Shown one piece after another: positions 41,843 to 53,378 of a DNA stretch of 64,000 nucleotides. The position numbers were made by a program, and so were the translations under genes. The notes under the pieces were generated by a model. It did no database searches. It was given only the letters and a program-made list of their open reading frames with translations, and had not been told where the DNA came from. The stretch is taken from assembly GCA_963737905.1 (NCBI GenBank), contig CAVTUQ010000005.1:32001-96000 (forward strand), in the 5' to 3' direction. This stretch comes from an uncultured delta proteobacterium. GTDB taxonomy: Bacteria > Desulfobacterota > Binatia > UBA9968. Positions within the stretch are counted from its first letter, which is position 1. Every line of letters starts with the position of its first letter.

Positions 41843-43885
41843 ATGGATCATCCGATACAGACAGACACTCTTCGCTGGATCGTCTTCTTGCCCTTGATCG
41901 GTGCAATCATCAACGGTCTCCTGGGCGCGGGCATACAAAAAAAATTGGGCAAGGGAGCAATCAGTTTCATTGCCTGTACGCCGGTTGTTATCGCTTTCGG
42001 GATTTCGCTGGGTGCCTTTTTTCAACTTAGGGGATTGAACCCGGAGCAGCGGTTTCTCATCGATCACCTCTATTCCTGGATCACCTTAGGATCGCTGAAG
42101 GTTGATATGGCCTTCTTGGTGGATCCACTTTCCGCGGTGATGATCCTGGTCGTTACGGGCGTCGGCGGTCTGATCCATATTTATTCCATAGGCTACATGC
42201 ATGATGACAAAGCCTTCTGGCGCTTCTTCGCCTTCCTCAATCTCTTTACCGCCGCCATGCTCACCCTAGTCCTTGGTGATAGCTTGCTTCTGATGTTTGT
42301 GGGTTGGGAGGGAGTGGGGCTGTGCTCCTATGCCCTGATCGGATTCTGGTACCAGGACCACAACAATGCGCGGGCCGGGAATAAGGCATTTATCGTCAAT
42401 CGAGTCGGCGACTTTGGCTTTGTCTTGGGCATATTTCTGTTGTTCTGGACTCTCGACGGGCAGGGCCATGGCACAGTGACCTTCCGCGAGATAGCGAAGT
42501 GGGCGCCGGCTCTCCAAGGTCAGATGATCTGGGGCGTGCCAGTCGTAACCCTGGCGACCCTGTTTCTCTTTGTCGGCGCCACCGGTAAGTCAGCACAGAT
42601 TCCGCTCCATGTCTGGCTGCCCGACGCCATGGCGGGACCGACGCCTGTGAGCGCGCTGATTCACGCTGCGACGATGGTGACGGCGGGCGTCTACATGATC
42701 GCACGGTTGGGCTTCCTTTTCGCTATGGCGCCGGCGACACTGCATGTGGTGGCCGTCATCGCGGCAGCCACCGCGCTTTTCGCCGCGACCATCGCCGTTA
42801 CCCAGAACGACATCAAGAAAGTGCTTGCCTATTCCACGGTGAGCCAGCTTGGCTACATGTTTATAGCGATGGGTGTGGGCGCATACGCGCAAGGGATCTT
42901 TCACCTGGTGACGCACGCGTTTTTCAAAGCCTGCCTGTTCCTCGGCGCCGGAAGCGTCATCCACGCGATGGGCGGCGAGCAGGACATGACAAAGATGGGC
43001 GGTCTCAGAAAGCATATGCCGCGCACCTTCATCACCTACCTGCTGGCGACGCTTGCCATCATGGGTTTTCCAGGAACCGCGGGATTTTTCTCAAAGGACG
43101 GCATTCTCGAGGAGGCGTACGCCCGCGGTGGAATGGAGCTCTGGCTAGCGGGACTGTGCGGCGCCGGCTTGACCGCCTTTTACATGTGGCGCCAGGTTTT
43201 TATGACCTTTTTTGGCGAAAGCCGCGCCGACGAGCACACCAAGCATCATCTGCACGAGTCTCCCGGTGTTATGACCTGGCCGCTGATAATCCTCGCCCTG
43301 GGCGCGTTTCCGGTGGGTTTTCTAGGATTGCCGGCTTTTCTTGGCCATCATCAGTTCGTAGAGTGGATGGAGCCTGTCTTCGGTCACGGTCACGGGGAAG
43401 CAGCCCACCTTTCGCACGAGACCGCCATATTGCTTACCGTGGTGTCCGTCGGTGTGGCGCTGGCGGGATTTGCGTTGGCTTACCTTATGTACTACCGGCA
43501 GAGCCTTGCTCCGGAGCGTTTCTCTTCGCTCGCCGGCGGTTTGTTCTATCGTTTGTCCTACAACAAGTATTACGTGGATGAGATCTATCAGGCGATCTTT
43601 GTCAATGGAACGCTGCTTCTCGCGCGCATCGGCTCTCTGTTCGACCAGTATGTCATTGACGGCATCGTTGACGGCTCCGCCAGCCTCACCCGATTTATCT
43701 CATGGCTGAACGGTCTATTCGATAACTACATCATCGACGGGATCGTCAATGCCGTTGCGAATATCACTTTCTGGATGGGCAACCGCTTCCGCAGAATTCA
43801 GACGGGCAATATCAATAGTTATCTATACGGGATTTTAATCGCGGTAGTCGTCGCCATCATCGTCAAGTTGCGTTACTGGAGCTGA
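41843..43885 (+). CDS. nuoL: NADH-quinone oxidoreductase subunit L
   Basis: GWEGVGLCSY, GKSAQIPLHVWLPDAMAGPTPVSALIHAATMV, and HAFFKA. Confidence 0.95.
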   Translation: MDHPIQTDTLRWIVFLPLIGAIINGLLGAGIQKKLGKGAISFIACTPVVIAFGISLGAFFQLRGLNPEQRFLIDHLYSWITLGSLKVDMAFLVDPLSAVMILVVTGVGGLIHIYSIGYMHDDKAFWRFFAFLNLFTAAMLTLVLGDSLLLMFVGWEGVGLCSYALIGFWYQDHNNARAGNKAFIVNRVGDFGFVLGIFLLFWTLDGQGHGTVTFREIAKWAPALQGQMIWGVPVVTLATLFLFVGATGKSAQIPLHVWLPDAMAGPTPVSALIHAATMVTAGVYMIARLGFLFAMAPATLHVVAVIAAATALFAATIAVTQNDIKKVLAYSTVSQLGYMFIAMGVGAYAQGIFHLVTHAFFKACLFLGAGSVIHAMGGEQDMTKMGGLRKHMPRTFITYLLATLAIMGFPGTAGFFSKDGILEEAYARGGMELWLAGLCGAGLTAFYMWRQVFMTFFGESRADEHTKHHLHESPGVMTWPLIILALGAFPVGFLGLPAFLGHHQFVEWMEPVFGHGHGEAAHLSHETAILLTVVSVGVALAGFALAYLMYYRQSLAPERFSSLAGGLFYRLSYNKYYVDEIYQAIFVNGTLLLARIGSLFDQYVIDGIVDGSASLTRFISWLNGLFDNYIIDGIVNAVANITFWMGNRFRRIQTGNINSYLYGILIAVVVAIIVKLRYWS

Positions 43886-43907
43886 TTCTGACGGGAGAAT
43901 GTAAAAG

Positions 43908-45428
43908 ATGGAACACGTGCTCAGTTACATGACCTTTATCCCCGTTGCCGGCATGGTTGTGGTGTTACTGCTGCCGAGCCAGAGCTATAACCTGATCCGC
44001 TGGGTCTCCGCCGCCTTTACCGTCCCTCCGCTTCTCATAGCGTGCTGGCTGTTAGCGAACTTCGATCGGTCTAAGCCTGGTTTGCAATTTATCGAAAGAG
44101 CTTCATGGATTCCCGCCTACAACATTCAGTATCTGGTCGGTGTCGATGGCCTCAGTATCTCCATGGTGCTGCTTACCGCTCTGTTGAGTTTTCTATGTAT
44201 CTTTGCCTCCTGGGGCATCGATAAGGGAGTCAAAGGATACTTCGCACTTTTTCTGCTGTTGGATGCCGGCATGATGGGTGTTTTTGTTGCCATCGATTTT
44301 TTCCTCTTTTTTATCTTTTGGGAAGTGATGCTCCTTCCCATGTACTTTCTCATCGGCGTATGGGGCGGCCCGCGGCGGGAGTATGCCGCCATCAAGTTTT
44401 TTCTCTATACTCTTTTTGGCAGCGGCTTGATGTTGCTTGCTATTCTCGCGCTGTACTTTACCAGCGAACCCCACACTTTCGATATGACGGTGTTGATTTC
44501 TCAAGCCGACAAATTCGGTACTCAAACCTTGTCTATTTGGCCTTTCAATCAGTGGGGTTGGGGCTTCCAGCACGTTGTTTGGATGGCGCTTTTCATAGGG
44601 TTTGCAATCAAAATTCCGGCCTTTCCGTTTCACACCTGGTTGCCGGACGCCCACGTCGAAGCGCCCACCGCGATCTCCGTCATCCTGGCCGGCGTATTGC
44701 TCAAGATGGGTACCTACGGGATCCTGCGGATCAATTTTCCGATGCTGCCGGCGGCGACGGCTGATCTCGCTTTCTGGTTCCTGGGCGCGTTAGGTGCCTG
44801 GAACATTATCTACGGCGCCTTTTGCGCCATGGCGCAAAAGGATCTCAAGAAACTCGTGGCCTACTCTAGCGTCAGTCACATGGGCTACGTCATGTTGGGC
44901 ATGGCGAGTTTTACCACTCAAGGAATAAATGGCGCGGTGCTCCAGATGTTCAACCATGGAACCATCACCGGCATGCTCTTTCTTTTGGTGGGTGTTATAT
45001 ACGACCGTGCTCATCATCGTGACATCGAAGGGTTCGGGGGGTTGGCTACGATCATGCCCGTCTATACGGGCGTCACGGCGCTCGCCTTCTTCGCCTCTAT
45101 GGGTCTACCCGGTCTCTCCGGATTCATCTCCGAAGTTCTGGTTTTACTCGGAAGTTGGCAAAAGTTTCCGGTGCTTACCATTATCGGCGCAAGCGGTGTC
45201 ATCCTGACCGCAGGTTACCTCCTGTGGACGATTCAGCGCGTTTACCTGGGTCCTGTCAACGACAAATACAAGTTACTCCCCGACATCAATGGCCGAGAGA
45301 TGTTCACCCTGGTGCCATTGGGAGCTATCGTGATTCTCGTCGGTGTCTATCCGAACGTTGTGCTTGATCTCCTGCGCGCATCTTTAGATCACATTAACCA
45401 GATCGTCTTGCCCCATCTCCACAGCTAG
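43908..45428 (+). CDS. nuoM: NADH-quinone oxidoreductase subunit M
   Basis: FWEVMLLPMY, PFHTWLPDAHVEAP, LKMGTYG, and AYSSVSHMG. Confidence 0.95.
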   Translation: MEHVLSYMTFIPVAGMVVVLLLPSQSYNLIRWVSAAFTVPPLLIACWLLANFDRSKPGLQFIERASWIPAYNIQYLVGVDGLSISMVLLTALLSFLCIFASWGIDKGVKGYFALFLLLDAGMMGVFVAIDFFLFFIFWEVMLLPMYFLIGVWGGPRREYAAIKFFLYTLFGSGLMLLAILALYFTSEPHTFDMTVLISQADKFGTQTLSIWPFNQWGWGFQHVVWMALFIGFAIKIPAFPFHTWLPDAHVEAPTAISVILAGVLLKMGTYGILRINFPMLPAATADLAFWFLGALGAWNIIYGAFCAMAQKDLKKLVAYSSVSHMGYVMLGMASFTTQGINGAVLQMFNHGTITGMLFLLVGVIYDRAHHRDIEGFGGLATIMPVYTGVTALAFFASMGLPGLSGFISEVLVLLGSWQKFPVLTIIGASGVILTAGYLLWTIQRVYLGPVNDKYKLLPDINGREMFTLVPLGAIVILVGVYPNVVLDLLRASLDHINQIVLPHLHS

Positions 45429-45430
45429 CC

Positions 45431-46915
45431 ATGGATCTCAAGAACCTCGAAAGCCTGAGCTTCTTTTACCCGGAGATCATTCTCTCGGGAACGATCCTTT
45501 TGTTGATCGTGGTGGATCTGCTAGTCCGAAGCCAACGAACTCTTGCGACGATTGCCGTGATCGGTTGCATCGGGTCTCTGTTGGCCACCTTTGATCTCTA
45601 CAGTGCGCAACAGGGCTGGCTCTTTCACCGGATGATCATCCTGGACAACTTCAGCCTGTTCTTCAAAGTCTTCGCCCTGGTGGCGACGATCTTGACCATC
45701 TGGATGTCACTGGGGAGCAACGAGATTCGCCAGGTCCATCAAGGAGAGTATTACACACTGCTTTTGACGTGCGCCTTGGGCATGTTTTTTATGGCGTCAG
45801 CGAGCAATCTGCTGACAGCCTATCTTTCTCTGGAGCTGGTGAGCCTCACCTCTTATGTCCTGACCGGTTTTTTGCCGCACAACCGACGCTCCAGCGAGGC
45901 GGCCCTCAAATATCTTATCTACGGCGGCGTTGCCTCTGGGACAATGATCTACGGCATGAGCTGGATTTTTGGTATGACCGGCAGCCTTGACTACGCCGCG
46001 ATCCAGTCGGCTCTGGCGCAAAATGCAGTGAGCAAAGTCGCCCTGTTCATGGCCTTTGTCTTTATCCTGGCAGGATTTGGCTACAAGATGGTCTTTGTTC
46101 CTTTTCACATGTGGTCGCCTGACGTTTATGAGGGAGCGCCGACGCCTTTCACAGCGTTTCTTTCTGTCGCTTCCAATGCAGCGGGCGCCGCGATCATGAT
46201 TCGTTTTTTCTTTCCCGGCGTTTCGCGCCTGGTGGCGGGCGGTGATTGGGCTTTTGTCTCAGGAGTCGAATGGCCCCAGGTGCTGCTGTTCGTCAGCATG
46301 ATTACCATGACCCTGGGCAACCTCTGCGCCCTGAATCAGAGGAATCTCAAGCGGATGCTTGCCTATTCGGGCATCGCTCATGCCGGCTACATGTTGATGG
46401 GATTTGCGGTCCTGAACAATGACGGTCTGCAGGCGATCCTTTTTTACGTCGTGGTTTATTTGATCATGAATCTTGGCGCGTTTCTCGTGGTGGTGATGAT
46501 TGCCAACGCCACCGGCAACGAAGAGATCGAGAGCTACCGAGGACTCGCTTGGCGTGGTGCGGTCCTTCCAGCCGCCTGCTTGGCGGTTTTCCTTTTCTCT
46601 TTGACGGGACTCCCGCCCTTCGCCGGCTTCATCGGCAAATTCCTACTCTTCGCCGTAGTGATCAATCAAGGCGGAACGTTCGTCATCCTTGCAGTGGTGG
46701 CCATCTTGAACAGTGTCATATCGCTCTACTATTACGCCAAGATCGTCAAGACCATGTTTCTCGACACGCCCGACCCTGGCGACAAATCGTTGACTATTGC
46801 CGCCAATAATTTCACGCTCCTCATACCGTTGACGGCACTCACGATTGTTCTCGGGGTTTATTTCTCACCCCTGGTTTATTACACCAGTCAATCTCTGCGT
46901 TTCTTCATGAAATAG
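45431..46915 (+). CDS. nuoN: NADH-quinone oxidoreductase subunit N
   Basis: EAALKY, PFHMWSPDVYEGAP, KRMLAYSGIAHAGY, and GLPPFAGF. Confidence 0.95.
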   Translation: MDLKNLESLSFFYPEIILSGTILLLIVVDLLVRSQRTLATIAVIGCIGSLLATFDLYSAQQGWLFHRMIILDNFSLFFKVFALVATILTIWMSLGSNEIRQVHQGEYYTLLLTCALGMFFMASASNLLTAYLSLELVSLTSYVLTGFLPHNRRSSEAALKYLIYGGVASGTMIYGMSWIFGMTGSLDYAAIQSALAQNAVSKVALFMAFVFILAGFGYKMVFVPFHMWSPDVYEGAPTPFTAFLSVASNAAGAAIMIRFFFPGVSRLVAGGDWAFVSGVEWPQVLLFVSMITMTLGNLCALNQRNLKRMLAYSGIAHAGYMLMGFAVLNNDGLQAILFYVVVYLIMNLGAFLVVVMIANATGNEEIESYRGLAWRGAVLPAACLAVFLFSLTGLPPFAGFIGKFLLFAVVINQGGTFVILAVVAILNSVISLYYYAKIVKTMFLDTPDPGDKSLTIAANNFTLLIPLTALTIVLGVYFSPLVYYTSQSLRFFMK

Positions 46916-47031
46916 TATTGGGCGCCGCGATTGATCTGCCTTACTCTGGGGTCTATTCAATCGTTTCGTTCGGTTTGACCCTCTCGCCACGCTAGTGCTA
47001 GCTTAAGAGCCGATCTGGAGGCGCCGTTGCT

Positions 47032-48447
47032 TTGATGAAAATCAAGTCGTTTTTACTTCAGCAAGCGAGCCTTACCACACGGTTTGCCGTCCACAGTTTT
47101 ATTTGTATCGGTATTATGACGGTAGCCCTATGGTTCCTAGTTTCCGACTATCTGATCAATGGGATCTTACGGAGGGAGTGGGAGACGACCGCTCAGTTCG
47201 TTAGAACGGAAGTGAGAGAATTTTTAACCGCGGAAGACTTTACGACCAAAGATCGAAAACCGGTGGGCAAGAAATTCACTGCCCTTTTGCGTCACATTAC
47301 CCTCATGCCCGATATCCTGCGCTTCAACGTTTACAACCCTCAGGGAGTCGCGATCTGGGCGGCGGTTGACAAGCAATTGGTCGGTCGCTCTTTTGCCGAT
47401 AACGAGAAGCTTCAGGAGGCGATTCAGGGAAAGGTGGTTGCGGATGTGAGCTCCTTGAGCCAGCAAGAGAATGTTTCCGAGCGCGACTCTCCTAAGCGGG
47501 CGGTGGAAGTCTTTATTCCGCTTTATTCTGAGGCAACCCGAGAGCTGTTGGGTGTGATGGAGATCTATAAACGTTCGGATCCCATCGATCGAGATATTCG
47601 AGAAGCAAGAATCGTGGTGTTGTTGGGAGCGCTATGTGGCGGCTTGCTCCTGTATCTCTCGTTATTCGCGATCGTCCGGCAAGCGGCGCGGAAGATTAAA
47701 GAGCAAGAGGAGAATCTTCTCAAGGTACAAACGGATCTGGTAGCTTCGCAGCGGATGGCGGCGGTGGGGGAAATAGCCGCGGCGGTAGCCCACGGCATCG
47801 GTAACCCCCTATCTTCCATCCGGGCGGCGGCCCAGGTGGCAAAGCTCGACTGTGACGAGTGTGAGGGACCGGATCTGCAGCAGAAAACTTTAACCACGCT
47901 CGATGAAATTATCCAACAAGTCGACCGGGTGCAGAAACGGATGCGAGGGTTATTGAACTTTGCTAAACCCATGGAACCCCGTCCGGCCCCCGTAGAAATC
48001 AACTCACTCCTGAGCGACATTGTTGATGTCTTGCGGCCGCGATTTGCTGAAGCAGGCGTGAGTCCGCAGTTGGACTTAGACCGGAGCCTCCCCGAGGTGC
48101 AGCTTGACGCCAATCATGTGGAACAGATTTTCATGGGCCTGGTTACCAATGCGCTGGAGGCCACACCCGGTGGGGGTCGCGTAACTATCCGGACAAGTAC
48201 TCTTAAGGACAACGGATCCGCCACCAACGTTCGTATTTCCATCGAAGATACGGGAGAAGGCATCCCTGTTGATGGCAGAGAGCGAGTTTTTGACCCCTTT
48301 TTTACTACCAAACCTGACGGAACCGGCATCGGCTTGCCCCTGGCGAGAAAATTTGTCGAACGGAATGGGGGAAAGATCATTGTCTCCGACGGAACTTCCG
48401 GCGGCGCAAAGTTCGATGTGGTGTTTCCTGTGGGCGGATCAAACTGA
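47032..48447 (+). CDS. Membrane sensor histidine kinase
   Basis: Two TM helices, H-box AHGIGNPL, N-box NALEA, G1 DTGEGI, and F/G2 FDPFFTTKPDGTGIGL. Confidence 0.92.
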   Translation: MMKIKSFLLQQASLTTRFAVHSFICIGIMTVALWFLVSDYLINGILRREWETTAQFVRTEVREFLTAEDFTTKDRKPVGKKFTALLRHITLMPDILRFNVYNPQGVAIWAAVDKQLVGRSFADNEKLQEAIQGKVVADVSSLSQQENVSERDSPKRAVEVFIPLYSEATRELLGVMEIYKRSDPIDRDIREARIVVLLGALCGGLLLYLSLFAIVRQAARKIKEQEENLLKVQTDLVASQRMAAVGEIAAAVAHGIGNPLSSIRAAAQVAKLDCDECEGPDLQQKTLTTLDEIIQQVDRVQKRMRGLLNFAKPMEPRPAPVEINSLLSDIVDVLRPRFAEAGVSPQLDLDRSLPEVQLDANHVEQIFMGLVTNALEATPGGGRVTIRTSTLKDNGSATNVRISIEDTGEGIPVDGRERVFDPFFTTKPDGTGIGLPLARKFVERNGGKIIVSDGTSGGAKFDVVFPVGGSN

Positions 48448-48497
48448 GTCCCAGGAGATCTCCTGGCCCAGGGATTTTCGCGCGATGATGGCCGTGG

Positions 48498-49118
48498 CTA
48501 TGTCAGCGGTATCATGATGTGCTTCTGGTACGCTGGTCGCTCGCAAAGACGCTTATACCATGCGTCAAAATTCGCGAATTTCGGTCGTTCGATAGGTAGG
48601 TTGAACCAGCGGTAAGCCCACACTCCCAAGGGGATATCGCCGAGAGTCAAATCGTCGCCGGCGACATAGGGCCTATTGGCAAGTTGATGATCGACCATTT
48701 TCCATGCGCCGCTGGTTTTCTCCAATGCAGTACTGACTACCTTAGGATCTCGTTTGTCGGCGGGCGTGCGGATTAAAGACCAAAACAGGGGGACAATGGA
48801 AGGCCCCAGTGTTGTGAGTTGCCAGTCCATCCATCGGTTCGCATCGGCTCGACCCTCGGGTGTGGACGGAAGCAACTTTCCCTGGCGGTACTTATCGACC
48901 AAATACCGCATGACGCTATTCGATTCCCACAGGATAAAATCCCCGTCTTGGATCGTCGGAACCAGCCCGTTCGGATTCATGTCGAGATACGGCTTTTCTT
49001 TATTCCCGCCAAACTTACCGCCGAAATCGACACGGTCGAAATCGAGGGCCAGTTCGCCGCAACACCAGAGAACCTTCTGCACGTTGGATGAATCCGTTCT
49101 GCCCCATATCTTGATCAT
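48498..49118 (-). CDS. Glutathione S-transferase family protein
   Basis: WGRTDSSNVQKV, NPNGLVP, and LWESNS. Confidence 0.9.
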   Translation of the reverse strand: MIKIWGRTDSSNVQKVLWCCGELALDFDRVDFGGKFGGNKEKPYLDMNPNGLVPTIQDGDFILWESNSVMRYLVDKYRQGKLLPSTPEGRADANRWMDWQLTTLGPSIVPLFWSLIRTPADKRDPKVVSTALEKTSGAWKMVDHQLANRPYVAGDDLTLGDIPLGVWAYRWFNLPIERPKFANFDAWYKRLCERPAYQKHIMIPLT

Positions 49119-49282
49119 TGTTCCCTCCGTCGAATTTCAATTTTTTCTTCTGCAGCTCTTATCATTCTTTGCGCTTCATAGACAGTGGCAATTCGTCCCA
49201 TTTTGGCAACCAAGTTGTTACACTACCATCTTGTCCTTTTATCTGCTAAGAAGAGCATAATCACAGAGAAAGTGCGGCTTGT

Positions 49283-49660
49283 ATGAGAAGAAAATCGATT
49301 TGGATATTCGCTTTGTGCGTTTTGCTGCTAGAGGCGATGCCCACAGGGGCGCAGAATCAATCCGAGGGAAAAAAACTCTACGTTACTTATTGTTCCAGCT
49401 GCCACGGGGACAACGGCAAGGGAGACGGCCCGGCTGCACAGTCTCTCCCGGTGAAACCCGCTAATCATACCGATGGGGCGGTAATGAACCAGCTTACTGA
49501 CAAATTCCTGTTGGAGATCATCTCAAAAGGCGGAAGCGCGGTCGGGAAGTCACCCATGATGCCGGCCTGGGGAGGTCAACTCAAAGAAAATCAACTCCGG
49601 GACATTGTGGCCTATGTGCGCAGTCTCGCCGAGCCCCCCCGTAAAGGTTCAGGTAAATAA
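49283..49660 (+). CDS. Periplasmic monoheme cytochrome c
   Basis: Signal peptide, CSSCH heme motif, and distal MPAW. Confidence 0.9.
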   Translation: MRRKSIWIFALCVLLLEAMPTGAQNQSEGKKLYVTYCSSCHGDNGKGDGPAAQSLPVKPANHTDGAVMNQLTDKFLLEIISKGGSAVGKSPMMPAWGGQLKENQLRDIVAYVRSLAEPPRKGSGK

Positions 49661-49680
49661 AACTTTGGTAATTTTTCAGT

Positions 49681-49716
49681 TCCCCCCTTGACGATTGGAT
49701 AAGCGAAATTATATTT
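49681..49716 (+). promoter_or_regulatory. Putative groESL promoter
   Basis: ccccccTTGACG at 49682-49693 and TATATT at 49710-49715. No CIRCE element seen. Confidence 0.4.
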
Positions 49717-49775
49717 GCTCCATCCAACCTGTGTTTTGGGATATCTAAATCTACGTTTTATTTTAGGAGGGTTTT

Positions 49776-51706
<1,931 letters not shown>

Positions 51707-51731
51707 GGCATTTGACCATTACGTGCATGAG

Positions 51732-51765
51732 AAAGGGTGCCTGAGAAATCAGGCGCCCTTTTTTT
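51732..51765 (+). terminator. Intrinsic terminator after groEL
   Basis: gggtgcctga-gaaa-tcaggcgccc followed by T7. Confidence 0.88.
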
Positions 51766-51818
51766 GGTGGAGATTGTCGACAGCCCTTTGAAAATGAGAA
51801 CGGTTGGTCGTCAAAGCC

Positions 51819-51842
51819 GGGCGGTTTCAACCCGCCCCCTAC
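51819..51842 (-). repeat. GTAG-type REP-like palindrome
   Basis: Minus strand reads GTAG-ggggcgggttgaaaccgccc. Confidence 0.55.
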
Positions 51843-52025
51843 TACTGTGTCCGCTTCGATGCTCACTCTCAGTCCACAGCGCGGGTCTTGGAAATTTTTG
51901 GAAATCGGTTCCGGAAATGGTATGAATTTAGGAGGATTCGTCGGAGTCGAAATGCGCGGGCATTTTAAAGTGGGTGGCGGGAGTTCGAGTAGGGTCTCTT
52001 AGGTGTTAATCGGGATCCAGTTACA

Positions 52026-53165
52026 ATGCAAAAGCTAGGCGCTAGACGCCACACGCCCCAATCCATCCGGATTTACGGATGGGCCGCTGCGGCGCTTTTT
52101 TTGCTCGTTTTCGTCTTCGTGAAACAGTCATGGGTCGATAGCGCTTCCCTGAATGACCCTCGCGCGACCGCCCGTGCGGTGTCTCCACGCGGCGAACTCG
52201 CGCCGGGAGAAAAATCAACCATCGCGCTATTTCGCCAAGCTTCGCCGTCGGTTTTGCATATTACGGCGATCTCGGTCCAGCGGGATCTTTTTACTCTCAA
52301 TCTGTATCAAATACCCGAAGGCACGGGCTCCGGTTTCATCTGGGATAATAGCGGAAATATCATTACCAATTTTCACGTGATTCAAAACGCTGATGTCGCG
52401 CAAGTGACGCTGGGAGATCAAACTACGTGGAAGGCGCGTCGCGTCGGTGTGGCCCCGGATAAGGATATCGCCGTCTTGCGCATCGATACACCGGCGAATC
52501 GGCTTCAGGCCATTCCTATCGGTACATCGAAGGATCTGCAGGTAGGACAGAGCGTCTTCGCTATCGGTAATCCCTTTGGGCTTGACCAGTCGCTCACCAC
52601 AGGCGTCATCAGTGCATTGGGCCGAGAAATTGAATCCGTGACGCGGCGGCCCATTCAGGGTGTCATTCAGACCGACGCTGCCATTAATCCGGGAAACTCC
52701 GGCGGCCCGTTGCTCGATAGCGCGGGCCGCCTGATCGGCGTGAACACGGCAATCTATAGCCCCTCCGGTGTTTCTGCGGGAATCGGTTTTGCGATTCCGG
52801 TGGATACGGTGAACCGCATCGTTGCTGAACTTATCCGTTATGGAAAGGTGACGCGGCCGGGAATCGGCGTCCAGATCGCGGAGGAGCAGATTGCCGACAG
52901 ACTCGGAGTGAAGGGAATCTTGGTTGTTGATGTGGTGCCGGGGAGCGCCGCGGCCAAGGCGGGCATTCGGCCGACTCGCCGGGAAGGTTCAGGTCGGGTC
53001 CGCTTGGGCGACGTGATCACCGCCGTCGATGGTAAGAAGATAGAATCACCCAATGAGCTTTTCATTCTGCTCGAGAACTATAAAGTCGGGGACGTCGTCA
53101 ACATATCCTTGCTGCGCGACGGGAAAAACATCCAGACGAAAGTAACCCTGGAGGCGGTCCAATAG
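52026..53165 (+). CDS. HtrA/DegQ-like serine protease with one PDZ domain
   Basis: GTGSGF, TNFHV, DIAVL, GNPFG, TDAAINPGNSGGPL, and a PDZ domain. Confidence 0.93.
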   Translation: MQKLGARRHTPQSIRIYGWAAAALFLLVFVFVKQSWVDSASLNDPRATARAVSPRGELAPGEKSTIALFRQASPSVLHITAISVQRDLFTLNLYQIPEGTGSGFIWDNSGNIITNFHVIQNADVAQVTLGDQTTWKARRVGVAPDKDIAVLRIDTPANRLQAIPIGTSKDLQVGQSVFAIGNPFGLDQSLTTGVISALGREIESVTRRPIQGVIQTDAAINPGNSGGPLLDSAGRLIGVNTAIYSPSGVSAGIGFAIPVDTVNRIVAELIRYGKVTRPGIGVQIAEEQIADRLGVKGILVVDVVPGSAAAKAGIRPTRREGSGRVRLGDVITAVDGKKIESPNELFILLENYKVGDVVNISLLRDGKNIQTKVTLEAVQ

Positions 53166-53194
53166 TTGGCTGCCTGCATTTTTCATGTGGCAGC

Positions 53195-53369
53195 GAACGA
53201 GGAGCAAGCTTCTCCGGTCGCGGGCAATGGGCCTCTGGCTCGAGGGAGCCTGCAAACTCAAGTGGCGAAGCGTAGCGTCGAGGGAAATGCCACCTCATAA
53301 CTAAGCCCATCAAAGTCATTGCGGCTCCGCGCCCCTATGCCCGCTCGCTTCGATGCTAACTCCTCGTTC
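53195..53369. repeat. MITE-like or structured element with nested inverted repeats
   Basis: Ends gaacgaggagcaagc / gctaactcctcgttc (13/15 IR); inner pairs gcgggca/tgcccgc, ggagcc-gcaa/ttgcggctcc, and gtggc/gccac. Confidence 0.55.
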
Positions 53370-53378
53370 AAATCGCGG

